Below are positions 29,181 to 38,532 of a stretch of 64,000 bases of DNA, piece by piece. How positions within the stretch are numbered: position 1 is the stretch's first letter; every line of letters starts with the position of its first letter. Origin of the DNA: Trueperaceae bacterium (GTDB lineage Bacteria > Deinococcota > Deinococci > Deinococcales > Trueperaceae); contig OZ243927.1 of the NCBI GenBank assembly GCA_965213925.1, positions 448,001-512,000 on the forward strand. The letters run 5' to 3'. Position numbers and translations under genes: made by a program. The notes under the pieces were generated by a model, which was given only the letters and a program-made list of their open reading frames with translations, ran no database searches and was not told the origin of the DNA.

Positions 29181-29639
29181 ATGACTAGATTTTTTATCTT
29201 CCTTCTTCTCTCTTTGCTCGCCTTTTTTGTAGGGGCGCAAGAGGTCCAGCTCGAGGCGCAAGTCTTCGATATCGCCCGCGAACTGCGCTGCCCTGTCTGT
29301 CAAGCTGAATCGGTAGCCGATTCAAATTCAGCAACGAGCATCGAGATGCGCAACATCATCAACGAACGCTTGCAAGCAGGCGACAGCCGCGCAGAGGTGC
29401 TCGACTATTTTAGAGCGCGCTACGGCGACTGGATTTTACTCTCGCCGCCTAAGCGCGGGCTCCATCTCTTTGTTTGGGTCGTGCCTATCTTAGCGGGACT
29501 TCTGCTCGTCGCGGGGCTCGTCTACTATCTGCGCCGCTGGACGCGCAACGCGGAAAAACCCATCGAGGCGGACGAGGCGGAGTTGGAGCGGGTGAGGCTC
29601 GAGCTAAACCGCCAAAACCAAAGAGGGAGCGAAGCGTAG
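29181..29639 (+). CDS. ccmH: CcmH
   Basis: LRCPVCQ.ESVADS, RYGDWILL.PP. Confidence 0.9.
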   Translation: MTRFFIFLLLSLLAFFVGAQEVQLEAQVFDIARELRCPVCQAESVADSNSATSIEMRNIINERLQAGDSRAEVLDYFRARYGDWILLSPPKRGLHLFVWVVPILAGLLLVAGLVYYLRRWTRNAEKPIEADEAELERVRLELNRQNQRGSEA

Positions 29640-30920
29640 ATGGGCATCGTCGTTATCGTCCTCCTCGCCGCCATGATTTTCGCCTACCTCGCTATCCCAC
29701 TTCTCCTACCGAGCCAAGCGGACCCGCTGCCGAATCTGCGGGACCCCATTACGCAAGACTTGGAAGAGGAGCGCGACGCCCTCTTCCGGGCGATCCGCGA
29801 ACTCGATGCCCGTGAAGACCTCCCCGAAAAACGCCGCGCCGAACTCCACGCCCGCTACGAGGCGAAAGCAGCCAAAGTTCTGCGTGCGCTAGACGAACGC
29901 CAAGCCAAACTGAGCGGACAGCCAACGGTGAAGCGTCCCACTACCCCGCGCCGCGTGCCTTACGCCGCGCTCAGCTTGCTCGGCATCATGGTCGTGAGCG
30001 CGTCGCTCTTGGGGGGCAACCTCGCCGCGCGAGTTGGTGAAGATGCGACGGTGACGACCTCGGATGAGGGGCAGCTCGAGGCAGGACGTCAACTCTTAGA
30101 ACTCCAAAACGCCGTCCGCCGCGACCCTACTGAAGAGACGCTCCTCTCTTTAGCCGACGCCTACTGGCGCTTAAATGACGCCGATCAAGCCGAGGCTACG
30201 TATCAGCGCGTCATCGCCGAGGTTGACCCGACGCCCGCCGTCGCCTACCGCCGCTTAGGATTTTTGACTTTGCAAGAGGACACGCAGGCTGCATTAGGTT
30301 ATCTGGAGCGGGCGAGAAACGCCGACCCGCAGGACTTAGAGACCCTCTTCGCGTTAGGTGAACTCTACTTTGCGATGGGCAACGTCCAGGCGGCTGAGGA
30401 AACCTGGGAGAGCTACTTAGCTGCGCCCGGCGGAGCCGAGGACCAGGAGGTTCAGGCGCGGCTGCAAACCGTTCGCGAACTCGCGCCGCTGGTGCAAGCT
30501 GCTACCGATAATCCGTCTGAGGCGAACCTCATCGCCTTAGCCGACGCCTACTGGCAACGCGAGGAGCGCGAGAGCGCCTCGAGCGTCTACTTGCGCGTTT
30601 TATCTGAAGTCAACCCCAACAACGCTCAAGCCATGAGCCGCATCGGGCAGATGCTCTTCTTTAGCGGGCGTAACGAAGACGCGGTTGCCGCGTTAGAAAG
30701 AGCGCGAACCGCCAATCCTGAAAACCTTCAGACCCTCCTCTTCTTAGGCAACGCGCACTTCAGCTTAGGGCAGTTTCAAGCCGCGATTGACGTGTGGGAG
30801 TCCTACGTCGAGGTGGCGGGCGGACCCGAGCGGGCGGGGCGTGTGCCGAGCTTGATTCAGGGTGCGAAGGACAGGCTGAGTAACGCGCCGCAAAACAGCC
30901 AGGACGACGGGACCTCTTAA
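29640..30920 (+). CDS. ccmI: CcmI-like TPR protein
   Basis: N-terminal TM, second TM, two blocks of TPR repeats (LADAYW, LFALGELYF, LLFLGNAHF). Confidence 0.75.
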   Translation: MGIVVIVLLAAMIFAYLAIPLLLPSQADPLPNLRDPITQDLEEERDALFRAIRELDAREDLPEKRRAELHARYEAKAAKVLRALDERQAKLSGQPTVKRPTTPRRVPYAALSLLGIMVVSASLLGGNLAARVGEDATVTTSDEGQLEAGRQLLELQNAVRRDPTEETLLSLADAYWRLNDADQAEATYQRVIAEVDPTPAVAYRRLGFLTLQEDTQAALGYLERARNADPQDLETLFALGELYFAMGNVQAAEETWESYLAAPGGAEDQEVQARLQTVRELAPLVQAATDNPSEANLIALADAYWQREERESASSVYLRVLSEVNPNNAQAMSRIGQMLFFSGRNEDAVAALERARTANPENLQTLLFLGNAHFSLGQFQAAIDVWESYVEVAGGPERAGRVPSLIQGAKDRLSNAPQNSQDDGTS

Positions 30921-30928
30921 CACTGAGT

Positions 30929-31540
30929 ATGTCAGATACGCCATCCGACAAGGAGGAAGAGGTGAGAGAGGAAACCCGAGCCTCTTCCTCCGAGCCTCCC
31001 ACGAGTGAAGAGCGCCGCGCCGTCATCAAATGGCTCTGGCGTGTGCCCGTTTTAGCTACGCTCGCCGCCGCAGGTTGGGGCGTCAGAGAGGCCTATCAAG
31101 TCCACTTCAACAAGGCGCGTCCCGACGAAAACCCGGCTTTCACTCCAAAGGTTCCTCAGCGCGTCGCCGCTTTATCTGAATTTGGAGAGGTCTGGAGCGC
31201 GCTCCCCTTCGTTTTAGAGGGAACGCCCGCGCTCACCTTGCGTCTACCTGAACCTATTTCAGGGGGGCTCGAGGCAAATGGCAACCACTACGCCGCCTTT
31301 AGTCAGGTCTGCACGCACCTGGGCTGTTTAGTCAATCTGAACGACAACCTCGAGGCCATCAACTTCGCCTTCAACTACCGCACCGAGCACCCCGCGCTGG
31401 TTTGCCCCTGTCATTTGAGCGTATTCGCGCCCTTGGAGTCAGGCAGAGCGGTGAGCGGTCCGGCGGTGGAGCCGCTGCCGAGGGTGCAGCTTAAGGTAGA
31501 AGGGGATGCGCTCTTTGCGGTAGGGCTGGAAGAGGGTTAG
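30929..31540 (+). CDS. Rieske [2Fe-2S] protein with twin-arginine-like signal
   Basis: CTHLGC and CPCH boxes, SGPA..PL; ERRAVIK before a hydrophobic stretch. Confidence 0.88.
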   Translation: MSDTPSDKEEEVREETRASSSEPPTSEERRAVIKWLWRVPVLATLAAAGWGVREAYQVHFNKARPDENPAFTPKVPQRVAALSEFGEVWSALPFVLEGTPALTLRLPEPISGGLEANGNHYAAFSQVCTHLGCLVNLNDNLEAINFAFNYRTEHPALVCPCHLSVFAPLESGRAVSGPAVEPLPRVQLKVEGDALFAVGLEEG

Positions 31541-31755
31541 GGGAGATTCTCAAGTTTAACAACCTCAAAAACTCTTTGAAGCCCTTCGGTAGTCGGATCG
31601 TAGCCATAATTCACCTGACGCATAAGCTCAGCGGCTTCTAAACGTTCTGCTGGCGTGCGGCTTAGCCAATACGCTTTATCGTCGCTCTCCTCGTGTAAAG
31701 ACGCAACCGAAAAGGCTGTTTTATCGAGTTTAATAGAGGGAACGTCGCTCATCAC
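31537..31755 (-). CDS. Small conserved hypothetical (antitoxin-like) protein
   Basis: D..YW.SRTP.ERL.A.E.MRQ..YG...LQRV.EV pattern; TATAAT just upstream. Confidence 0.6.
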   Translation of the reverse strand: MMSDVPSIKLDKTAFSVASLHEESDDKAYWLSRTPAERLEAAELMRQVNYGYDPTTEGLQRVFEVVKLENLP

Positions 31756-31788
31756 TCACCATTATAAACTAAAGCAATTAACATAAAC

Positions 31789-31884
31789 ACTGAGCTTGAA
31801 TCACGCAAGTATCATTCCTTAAAATGCGTGCTAAACCGCGTTCTCTCTTCTCAGATTGGCTCAAACCAAATGATACTTGCTATA
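31789..31884 (+). repeat. 96-bp dispersed stem-loop repeat, family B, copy 1
   Basis: Matches the reverse complement of 39153-39248; internal IR GCAAGTATCATT/AATGATACTTGC. Confidence 0.8.
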
Positions 31885-31936
31885 ATCGTCGCACCACCCA
31901 GCACCTCAGCCTCTTTACTTCTTGCTAAACTACGCT

Positions 31937-32506
31937 ATGACCCAGGCTGCACCCAAACCCGCGCCCCACGTACTTACGGTTCGCCCGGCAACGGCTCACG
32001 ACGTGCCCGACATCTTCAACCTCATCGGCACGTGGGCAGCGCAGGGCAAGATGCTGGTGCGACCCATGCCCAATATCTTCGAGAACTTGCGCGACTTTTA
32101 CGTGGCAGAAGTCCAGGGCGAGAACGGTCCAGAGTTCGCAGGTAGCGCCGCCTTGCACATTCTCTGGGGCGACATCGCCGAGGTGCGCGGGCTCGCGGTG
32201 AAGCCCGAGATCACGGGCGGCGGCATCGGCAAAAAGCTCGTCGCGGCGTGCGAGGGTGAAGCGCGGCGCATCGGCATTCCGACACTCTTCGCCTGGACGT
32301 ACTCGGTTGAGTTTTTCGAGCGGTGCGGCTTTCACCTCATCGACAAGAGTAGAGACCTCCATCCGAGGGTGTGGTCTGAATGTCTGCGCTGTCCCTTTTT
32401 CGTGGGTTGCAACGAGAACGGGATGATGAAGCGCTTAGAAGGGGTACCTGTCCCCAAAGATTTGCCCGTGCCACCGCCGACGCAAGTGCCGCCGGGGATA
32501 GTTTGA
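31937..32506 (+). CDS. argA: GNAT amino-acid N-acetyltransferase (short ArgA-like)
   Basis: IFENLRDF, ALHILW.DIAEVRGLAV, GIGKKLV, FFERCGF, VWSECLRCP..C.E; TAAACT 5 nt before ATG 31937. Confidence 0.7.
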   Translation: MTQAAPKPAPHVLTVRPATAHDVPDIFNLIGTWAAQGKMLVRPMPNIFENLRDFYVAEVQGENGPEFAGSAALHILWGDIAEVRGLAVKPEITGGGIGKKLVAACEGEARRIGIPTLFAWTYSVEFFERCGFHLIDKSRDLHPRVWSECLRCPFFVGCNENGMMKRLEGVPVPKDLPVPPPTQVPPGIV

Positions 32507-32566
32507 GCAATGAGTTGAAAGCGTAGGTTAGAGCGAAGCTCAAAGGCTTTTAGCCTTCACCTAGTG

Positions 32567-32611
32567 AGCAATGAGTCTAAAACCTTTCACTCATTGCTCG
32601 GTACTCGTTGC
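32567..32611. repeat. GCAATGAG-unit hairpin repeat, family C, copy 1
   Basis: Reverse complement matches 40573-40646 apart from an internal insertion there. Confidence 0.65.
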
Positions 32612-32720
32612 CTTATCCCTTTATACTCCTGCACCAACAGGAGACCAGGACCCACCTATTCATGTAAAATCACAGCGTTACAGAACAGTCTTTACCGCGC
32701 CCTCTGCGGTAGCCTATTTT

Positions 32721-33323
32721 ATGATCGACATTACCGGAAGCATCTACGTTTGCTATCACCGCGACGACCAAGAACACGTGGACACGTTCTTACAGGACTT
32801 CGACCATCTCTACGGGCTCGCTGTGCGGCGTGAGGAAGATGAACTCGCTGAGGACATCCTGCGCGACAACGACAAACACAGTGTGATTCACAAAATCCGC
32901 GAGCGTTACCTAGCTGACTCCGTTATTACGGTTGTGCTCATAGGACCTTGCACCTATACGCGCCGCGCGGTGGACCTAGAACTCATGGCGTCGCTCCATC
33001 ACGGCGGCGATGAGATGGCGGACCCGGACGAGGCAGACAGGTTGCCGAACGGTCTTCTAGGTATCATGCTCCCCAACTACAACAACGGGGGCTTTCCCGA
33101 TAGGTTAAACGAGAACTTGCAGGTTCCCGATAGGGGCACCCGGTCTTACGCCGAGGTCATCCCCTACCCGCAGAGTAAAGATGACCTCGCCGAAGCGCTC
33201 TCCGAGGTCGCGCGTGCCCGCACCGAGCGGCGCGACCTAGTCAACAACTCGCCCCACATGTTCAGCGAGAACAGGGCGTGCATCCCGCCCGAACCAGGGG
33301 AACAGTTCGCGACGAAGGAATAA
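32721..33323 (+). CDS. TIR-domain protein, MTH538/DUF1863 (ThsB-like)
   Basis: IYVCYHRDD, KIRERYLADS.ITVVLIG.CT..RR.VD.EL..SL, PNGLLGI; TAGCCT 5 nt before ATG 32721. Confidence 0.8.
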   Translation: MIDITGSIYVCYHRDDQEHVDTFLQDFDHLYGLAVRREEDELAEDILRDNDKHSVIHKIRERYLADSVITVVLIGPCTYTRRAVDLELMASLHHGGDEMADPDEADRLPNGLLGIMLPNYNNGGFPDRLNENLQVPDRGTRSYAEVIPYPQSKDDLAEALSEVARARTERRDLVNNSPHMFSENRACIPPEPGEQFATKE

Positions 33324-33346
33324 GTCGCAGTACAAGTTTGCATTGA

Positions 33347-33387
33347 AAGAGGCTCGAGCTTGTCTTTTGAGAACGCTCGAGCCTCTT
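33347..33387. terminator. Hairpin between convergent genes built from two CTCGAG sites
   Basis: 13-bp stem AAGAGGCTCGAGC / GCTCGAGCCTCTT. Confidence 0.6.
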
Positions 33388-34001
33388 CACTTTGCAACCG
33401 CCACCTCCCAAACGATCTTCTCACGCCCGTACCGAAATGTCGTCCGCTCTGCCATATCCAGCACGGTCCAGCCTGAGAGAAGCGCTGCTAAGTCCTCTTC
33501 GCCAAAGAAGCGCCGGGGAAGTCCGTCTACGAGATAGTAATTCTCCTCCAACCTCTTGCCCATAGTTCGACTTGCCAGACCTCTTACCGAGTTGAAACGA
33601 GCGAGCAAAAGACCATTCGGTTGCAAACAGCGGCGCACCTCTTGTGCAATCTCGAGCGTCACATCCCACGAGAAATAGTGAAGCGAAAGCCCCGCTACGA
33701 CGACGCTAAAAGAGGCGTTCGCGAATGGAAAGGGTGTTGAGAGGTCAAGCGGTTGCACCTCAGCTTTAGGTGCGGTGCGCCTCGTCAGACGTAACGCTTC
33801 TTTCGACAAGTCGGTAGCGAGAACGCGAAAGCCGCGCTCTGTCAGGAAACGAGCGTCTTGCCCCGCGCCGCAGCCAAGCTCCAAGACCTTCCCCTCACGC
33901 CTCACTTCTAAAAGACCCAGATAACGCGCTAACCAGGGATCGGCTCGGGTTAAATCCGCTTTGGCTCGAGCGTAAACCTCATCCCACCTTTGCACCTTCA
34001 C
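33387..34001 (-). CDS. Class I SAM-dependent methyltransferase
   Basis: VLELGCGAG, ATDLS, LSLHYF, LQPNG. Confidence 0.85.
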   Translation of the reverse strand: MKVQRWDEVYARAKADLTRADPWLARYLGLLEVRREGKVLELGCGAGQDARFLTERGFRVLATDLSKEALRLTRRTAPKAEVQPLDLSTPFPFANASFSVVVAGLSLHYFSWDVTLEIAQEVRRCLQPNGLLLARFNSVRGLASRTMGKRLEENYYLVDGLPRRFFGEEDLAALLSGWTVLDMAERTTFRYGREKIVWEVAVAK

Positions 34002-34086
34002 CCCTTTACAACGTGAGCATAGCCCCCTTACTTTCGACTACAATGATTGCACACTCCGTTCAGGGCAGCGCGAAAAGGAGACGCAC

Positions 34087-34518
34087 ATGATTTCGGTCAG
34101 GCAACTCTTAGACAAAAAGGGCTACGACGTCCTCTCGGTCCTCCCAAGCAACACCGTTTTTGAAACGATCACCAAGATGGCGGAGCGCGGCGTCGGCGCA
34201 CTGCTCGTCATCCGCGAGGAAAAGCTCGTCGGCATCGTGTCTGAGCGCGACTACGCCCGCAAGGTCATCTTGCAGGGGCGGCGCTCGCAGGAGACTACCG
34301 CCGAGGAAATCATGACGCCCGAGCCCTTCACGGTGACGCCTTCACAAACCGTCACCGAATGTATGGAACTCATGACCGAAAAGCGCATCCGCCACCTGCC
34401 CGTCGTCTCTGAGGGCAAGGTGATAGGCATCATCTCGATTGGCGACGTGGTGAAGTCGGTGATTTCGAATCAAGCGGCGATGATCGAGCAGTTGGAGACG
34501 TACATCACAAGAGGTTAA
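34087..34518 (+). CDS. CBS domain protein
   Basis: VGALLV, GIVSERDYARKV, IRHLPV, ISIGDVVK; AGGAG RBS. Confidence 0.9.
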   Translation: MISVRQLLDKKGYDVLSVLPSNTVFETITKMAERGVGALLVIREEKLVGIVSERDYARKVILQGRRSQETTAEEIMTPEPFTVTPSQTVTECMELMTEKRIRHLPVVSEGKVIGIISIGDVVKSVISNQAAMIEQLETYITRG

Positions 34519-34525
34519 AGCAGGC

Positions 34526-34654
34526 CTGAGAGAGAAGGACTGAGAGAAAAGGACTGAGTGCTGAGTAAAATCCTCTACTTTTCCCTCAGTCCTCAGCTTC
34601 GCTGCTAGCGGGAGCGCCACGCGCGACAGCTAACGCGATCAGCACTCAGTCCTC
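34526..34654. repeat. GGACTGAG/CTCAGTCC short tandem and inverted repeat cluster
   Basis: TGAGAGAGAAGGAC TGAGAGAAAAGGAC TGAGTGCTGAG ... CTCAGTCCTCAG ... CAGCACTCAGTCC. Confidence 0.6.
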
Positions 34655-34708
34655 CCATCCTTTCCAATAACCAGACACGACTCACCCATAAAAGCAGTAC
34701 CATACCCT

Positions 34709-35029
34709 ATGGAATACACTCACCTCACCTTGGCGCGGCGCTTTTCGGACGAGAAGATGCAAAAAGTTCCGGTCTTCGAGACGCCTAAGATGTTTTTTGA
34801 CCAGTACTGTTTGCTGCCGGGGCAGTCGCAAAAGGTGCATAGCCATGAGGGTGAGGACAAGGTCTATCTCGTCTTGGAGGGTGAGGCGGTGTTCGACATC
34901 GGCGGCGAGCAGGAGATGCTGACCGAGGGAACCGCTGTGATTGCCCGCGCAGGCGTACCGCACGGCGTCCGCAACGACTCGGGCACGAAGCTCGTCTTGC
35001 TCGTAACGATGGCTCCAAGACCGCAATAA
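34709..35029 (+). CDS. Cupin domain protein
   Basis: PGQ..KVHSH...DK.YLVLEG, GVPHGVRN. Confidence 0.85.
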   Translation: MEYTHLTLARRFSDEKMQKVPVFETPKMFFDQYCLLPGQSQKVHSHEGEDKVYLVLEGEAVFDIGGEQEMLTEGTAVIARAGVPHGVRNDSGTKLVLLVTMAPRPQ

Positions 35030-35031
35030 AG

Positions 35032-35451
35032 ATGGATGAGCCGGAGCTACAAGGCTTGCCCATTGACCACCTCGGCATTGCTGTCAAAGATTTAGAAGCG
35101 GCGAGCCGCCCCTATCGGCTACTCGGACTTCCGGTTGAGGGCGAAGACGAACATGTCAGATCGCAAGAGGTCAAGGTGCGAGCGCTTATAGCGCAGGGGA
35201 GTTTGTTGGAACTACTCGAGCCCACCTCCAGTGACAGCCCCATCGCCAAGTTTATCGAGAGACGCGGCGAAGGGCTTCACCACGTCGCCCTTAGAGTGGA
35301 TGACTTGGAAGAAGAGGTGGCGCGGCTCAGCGCGGAGGGCGCGCGCTTCATCAGTACCGAGCCCAGAGCGGGCAGAGCAAATACTCGGGTAGTTTTCTTA
35401 CACCCCAAGTGGGCGAATAGTGTACTGATAGAACTCGTAGAGCACCTTTAG
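35032..35451 (+). CDS. mce: Methylmalonyl-CoA epimerase
   Basis: IDHLGIAV, ELLEP...SPIAKF..RGEGLHHVAL.V, FLHPK, LIELVE. Confidence 0.88.
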   Translation: MDEPELQGLPIDHLGIAVKDLEAASRPYRLLGLPVEGEDEHVRSQEVKVRALIAQGSLLELLEPTSSDSPIAKFIERRGEGLHHVALRVDDLEEEVARLSAEGARFISTEPRAGRANTRVVFLHPKWANSVLIELVEHL

Positions 35452-35460
35452 AATAGCTGA

Positions 35461-35853
35461 GTGACCAAGTCGCCAACCTCTTATCTTCGCTATATCCCTG
35501 TCATCCTCTGGATGGCTCTGACGTTTTGGCTCTCGAGTTCTCCCGACATCCAGGGCGCGTCAGGTTGGATTGACCTGCGCCCGCCTCTCGATAAGGTCGC
35601 GCACGCGGTGAGCTTCGGGATACTCGCGCTGCTTTTCTACTTTGCGACGGGACGCGCCCTGCTCTCCGTCTTGTTAGCTTCGCTCTACGGTGTCACGGAC
35701 GAATTTCACCAGAGCCTCGTGCCAGAGCGCGACGCGGACCTTTTCGACTGGTTGGCGGATACATTGGGCGCGGCGTTGGCGGTGAGCGCCCTTTTGCTTC
35801 TAAACCGTTGGCGTCCCCTCTGGACGAAGAGGTGGACGAAAAAGCTACAATAG
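35461..35853 (+). CDS. VanZ family membrane protein
   Basis: DKVAH, YGVTDEFHQ..VP.R...FDWLAD. Confidence 0.85.
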   Translation: MTKSPTSYLRYIPVILWMALTFWLSSSPDIQGASGWIDLRPPLDKVAHAVSFGILALLFYFATGRALLSVLLASLYGVTDEFHQSLVPERDADLFDWLADTLGAALAVSALLLLNRWRPLWTKRWTKKLQ

Positions 35854-35880
35854 CGCGTGACCTCCTTTAATAACTTCTTA

Positions 35881-36070
35881 CTGAGTACACCGTCAGCCAA
35901 GTTTTGCAACACTGTTGTCACCCCGAGCTTGTCGAAGAATCTCGTCTTCCAATCTCGACTAGTCGAGATTGGAAGACGAGATTCTTCGACCCCACTTTGT
36001 GGAGTCTATCCTATAGCTCGCTGTAGGGCTCAGAATGACATGTTTCATTTTTTAGCTGACAGAGTACTAA
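35881..36070 (+). mobile_element. MITE-like element, family A, copy 3, with a perfect 60-bp palindrome at 35931-35990
   Basis: Terminal CTGAGTACACCGTCAGCCAA / TTAGCTGACAGAGTACTAA; GTCGAAGAATCTCGTCTTCCAATCTCGACT|AGTCGAGATTGGAAGACGAGATTCTTCGAC. Confidence 0.7.
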
Positions 36071-36083
36071 ACTGGAGAATTCT

Positions 36084-36866
36084 ATGAAACTCGCCATCGT
36101 CGGTGCAGGAAAAATGGGCGGCGCGGTGCTTACAGGAGCGCTTAGAGCGGGCGTCTTGGAATCTCAAGATGTCGGCATCTACCACCCCGATGACGCTAGG
36201 CGAGACGCCTTAGCCGCCCAGTACGGCGTCTCGCCCCTCAGCGACGACGCCATTCACCACGCCGAGCGCGTCCTCGTCGCCGTCAAGCCGCAATCTTTCG
36301 ACGCCGTCGCCCCGCTCATCGCTCAGCGCAACGCCTCGTACATCTCGCTGATGGCGGGCGTCTCGGCGGAGACGATTGCCAAGCGCGTCGGCAGCAGCCG
36401 CGTGGTGCGGGCGATGCCGAACATGGGCGCGCGGGTCGGTCTCAGCGCGACGGCGCTCGCCGCGCTGCCGCAAGCAACGGGCGAAGACATCGAGATGGCG
36501 GAGAGGCTTTTTAACGCAGTCGGTACGGTTCATCAGATTCCAGAAAGACTTTTCGACGCTTTCACAGGTTTAGCGGGCTCCGGTCCAGCCTTCGCCGCCG
36601 TGTTCGCCGAAGCGCTGTCCGACGGCGGCGTGCGCGTCGGCTTCAGCCGCGATGTGGCGAGAGATTTAGCACGTCAAGTGATGGCGGCAACCGCTAAACT
36701 CTTAGAGGAAACCCCTCCCGCGAACCTCAAAGACGAGGTCTCGAGCCCCGGGGGAACCGCCATCACAGGCGTCACCGCTTTAGAAAAACACGGGCTGCGC
36801 TACGCCGCCATCCGCGCAGTAGAGGAGGCGAGCGCGAGAGCCCAAGCTCTCAGTAAGGAGAACTGA
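36084..36866 (+). CDS. proC: Pyrroline-5-carboxylate reductase
   Basis: GAGKMG, AVKPQ, VRAMPN, GSGPA, VSSPGGT. Confidence 0.93.
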   Translation: MKLAIVGAGKMGGAVLTGALRAGVLESQDVGIYHPDDARRDALAAQYGVSPLSDDAIHHAERVLVAVKPQSFDAVAPLIAQRNASYISLMAGVSAETIAKRVGSSRVVRAMPNMGARVGLSATALAALPQATGEDIEMAERLFNAVGTVHQIPERLFDAFTGLAGSGPAFAAVFAEALSDGGVRVGFSRDVARDLARQVMAATAKLLEETPPANLKDEVSSPGGTAITGVTALEKHGLRYAAIRAVEEASARAQALSKEN

Positions 36867-36868
36867 TC

Positions 36869-37426
36869 ATGCTTACGCGCACGCTTTTCGTTTTAGCGCT
36901 ACTCGTTACTAGCACCACTTTCGCCCAGAGCTACTTCCCGCACCGCGACGGCATGTCTTGGACGTACAGCAACGGCGAAACCCAGACCCTCAACGGTCCT
37001 GTAGAAATTGCAGGCGAAAAGGTCATGGTCTTGACGCACCTCTTAAACGGCAACGTCATCTCCAAGGACTACCTCGCCTACGACGACATCGGCGTCTTTT
37101 CCTACGGCACCGAAACGGGCGGACAAACCCTCCTCTACGACCCGCCCCTCACGCTCTACGCAGGCGACAGCTTGCGAGTCGGGCAGAGCTGGCAAAGTGC
37201 CACGAGCGTTGCGGGCTTCGATATCACCCTCGCTGCTGAAGTGCTCGGGATGCGCGGCGTGCGTACCGACTTGGGGCGCTTCAACGCTTTGCAAGTGCGT
37301 CAGCGCACCTTTACGAACACGGGCGCGCAAACGACGCTTGACCTCTACGTCGTACCGGGCGTGGGCGTCGTACGCTTTGAGACAGGAGACGGTACGGTAG
37401 TTGACTTGGTGGAGAAGAATTTCTGA
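36869..37426 (+). CDS. Secreted hypothetical beta-rich protein
   Basis: Signal peptide ending TFA-Q; YFP, VPGVGVVR; AAGGAG RBS. Confidence 0.7.
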   Translation: MLTRTLFVLALLVTSTTFAQSYFPHRDGMSWTYSNGETQTLNGPVEIAGEKVMVLTHLLNGNVISKDYLAYDDIGVFSYGTETGGQTLLYDPPLTLYAGDSLRVGQSWQSATSVAGFDITLAAEVLGMRGVRTDLGRFNALQVRQRTFTNTGAQTTLDLYVVPGVGVVRFETGDGTVVDLVEKNF

Positions 37427-37453
37427 CCTCTTGGTCGTTAGGGAGTTTTGGGA

Positions 37454-37483
37454 GGCTCGAGTCAGACTCGAGCCCTTTCTTTT
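37454..37483. terminator. Hairpin between convergent genes built from two CTCGAG sites
   Basis: GGCTCGAGTC-A-GACTCGAGCC followed by CTTTCTTTT. Confidence 0.6.
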
Positions 37484-37706
37484 AGAAAATTCCGCCCCCC
37501 ACTGATAAACGCAACACTGCTAAGACCAGCGCAAAGATGCTCACATTGCGCCCGTTAGTGCGGTCACTGAGCAGTCCGAACACCACACCGATAACCGCGA
37601 TTCCTCCACCGATCCAGGCGAACACCGCGCCCACAATGGGGATGATAGCGGTTAGGACGATAAGGATGATGGCGATAATTCCGAAGATAATAGCAACAAC
37701 GTTCAT
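37482..37706 (-). CDS. Small hydrophobic membrane protein
   Basis: 74 aa from ATG 37706, three hydrophobic segments, ends GGGIF. Confidence 0.65.
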   Translation of the reverse strand: MNVVAIIFGIIAIILIVLTAIIPIVGAVFAWIGGGIAVIGVVFGLLSDRTNGRNVSIFALVLAVLRLSVGGGIF

Positions 37707-38067
37707 ACCTAGTTTTACCGCATCGGGATGAACGTTTGGGTTATAAAGGGTGCAGATAAGTGCCCACACTTCTTTAAGTTAAACCAGAAGAGCGACTTAA
37801 ACACTGCGCAAGACCGTAGAATCAGCAGCTCGAGCGCTCTAAGGCAGTTAAAACTAATTAGGTGCGAGTACTTAATGCGGGAAAGACTTATGAGCTTTTA
37901 CCTCTCGAGGCGAAAATTTTGAGTTTACGTAGCTTACTTGATTAACCCTAGCCCCACAATCCGCAAGCGAACACCCAATACCCGTTCATTAAGATGGTTT
38001 ATATTGAATGAGTCCAGACCTGGCAAGACTTTTCTCAGGAGCGCGACCGCTCCAGAAGGAGACACCT

Positions 38068-38532
38068 ATGAGACTCATTAGCTTAATCGCTCTTCTAAGC
38101 CTTTCGCTCAGCTTTGCGCAAGACACCACCGGCGGAGATATGACCGGCGGAGATATGACGGGTGGCGCGATGAGCGGAGACGCAGCCACCGTAGAGGTCA
38201 CGGAAGGTGACACGTTAGGCGAATTCTTGGTGGACGCAGAGGGAATGACTCTGTACCTCTTCACCAACGATAGCGAAGGGACCAGCAACTGCTACGACGG
38301 CTGCGCCGCAAGCTGGCCGCCCCTCCTTACCGACGGCGAGCCCGAGGCGGGCGACGGGGTAGACGCGGCGCTTCTAGGCACCACCGAGCGCACCGACGGC
38401 ACCACCCAAGTCACCTACAACGGTCTGCCGCTCTACTTCTTCGCGAGTGATCAGAGCGCCGGGGATACGAGCGGTCAAGGGGTTGGCGATGTTTGGTACG
38501 TCGTTTCGCCGGAAGGTGAGGCGGTTGAGTAG
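38068..38532 (+). CDS. Secreted COG4315 (Lipoprotein_15 repeat) protein
   Basis: AAGGAG RBS, signal peptide, GMTLYLF..D, CYDGCAASWPP, QVTYNG.PLYFF..D, G.GVGDVW. Confidence 0.85.
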   Translation: MRLISLIALLSLSLSFAQDTTGGDMTGGDMTGGAMSGDAATVEVTEGDTLGEFLVDAEGMTLYLFTNDSEGTSNCYDGCAASWPPLLTDGEPEAGDGVDAALLGTTERTDGTTQVTYNGLPLYFFASDQSAGDTSGQGVGDVWYVVSPEGEAVE

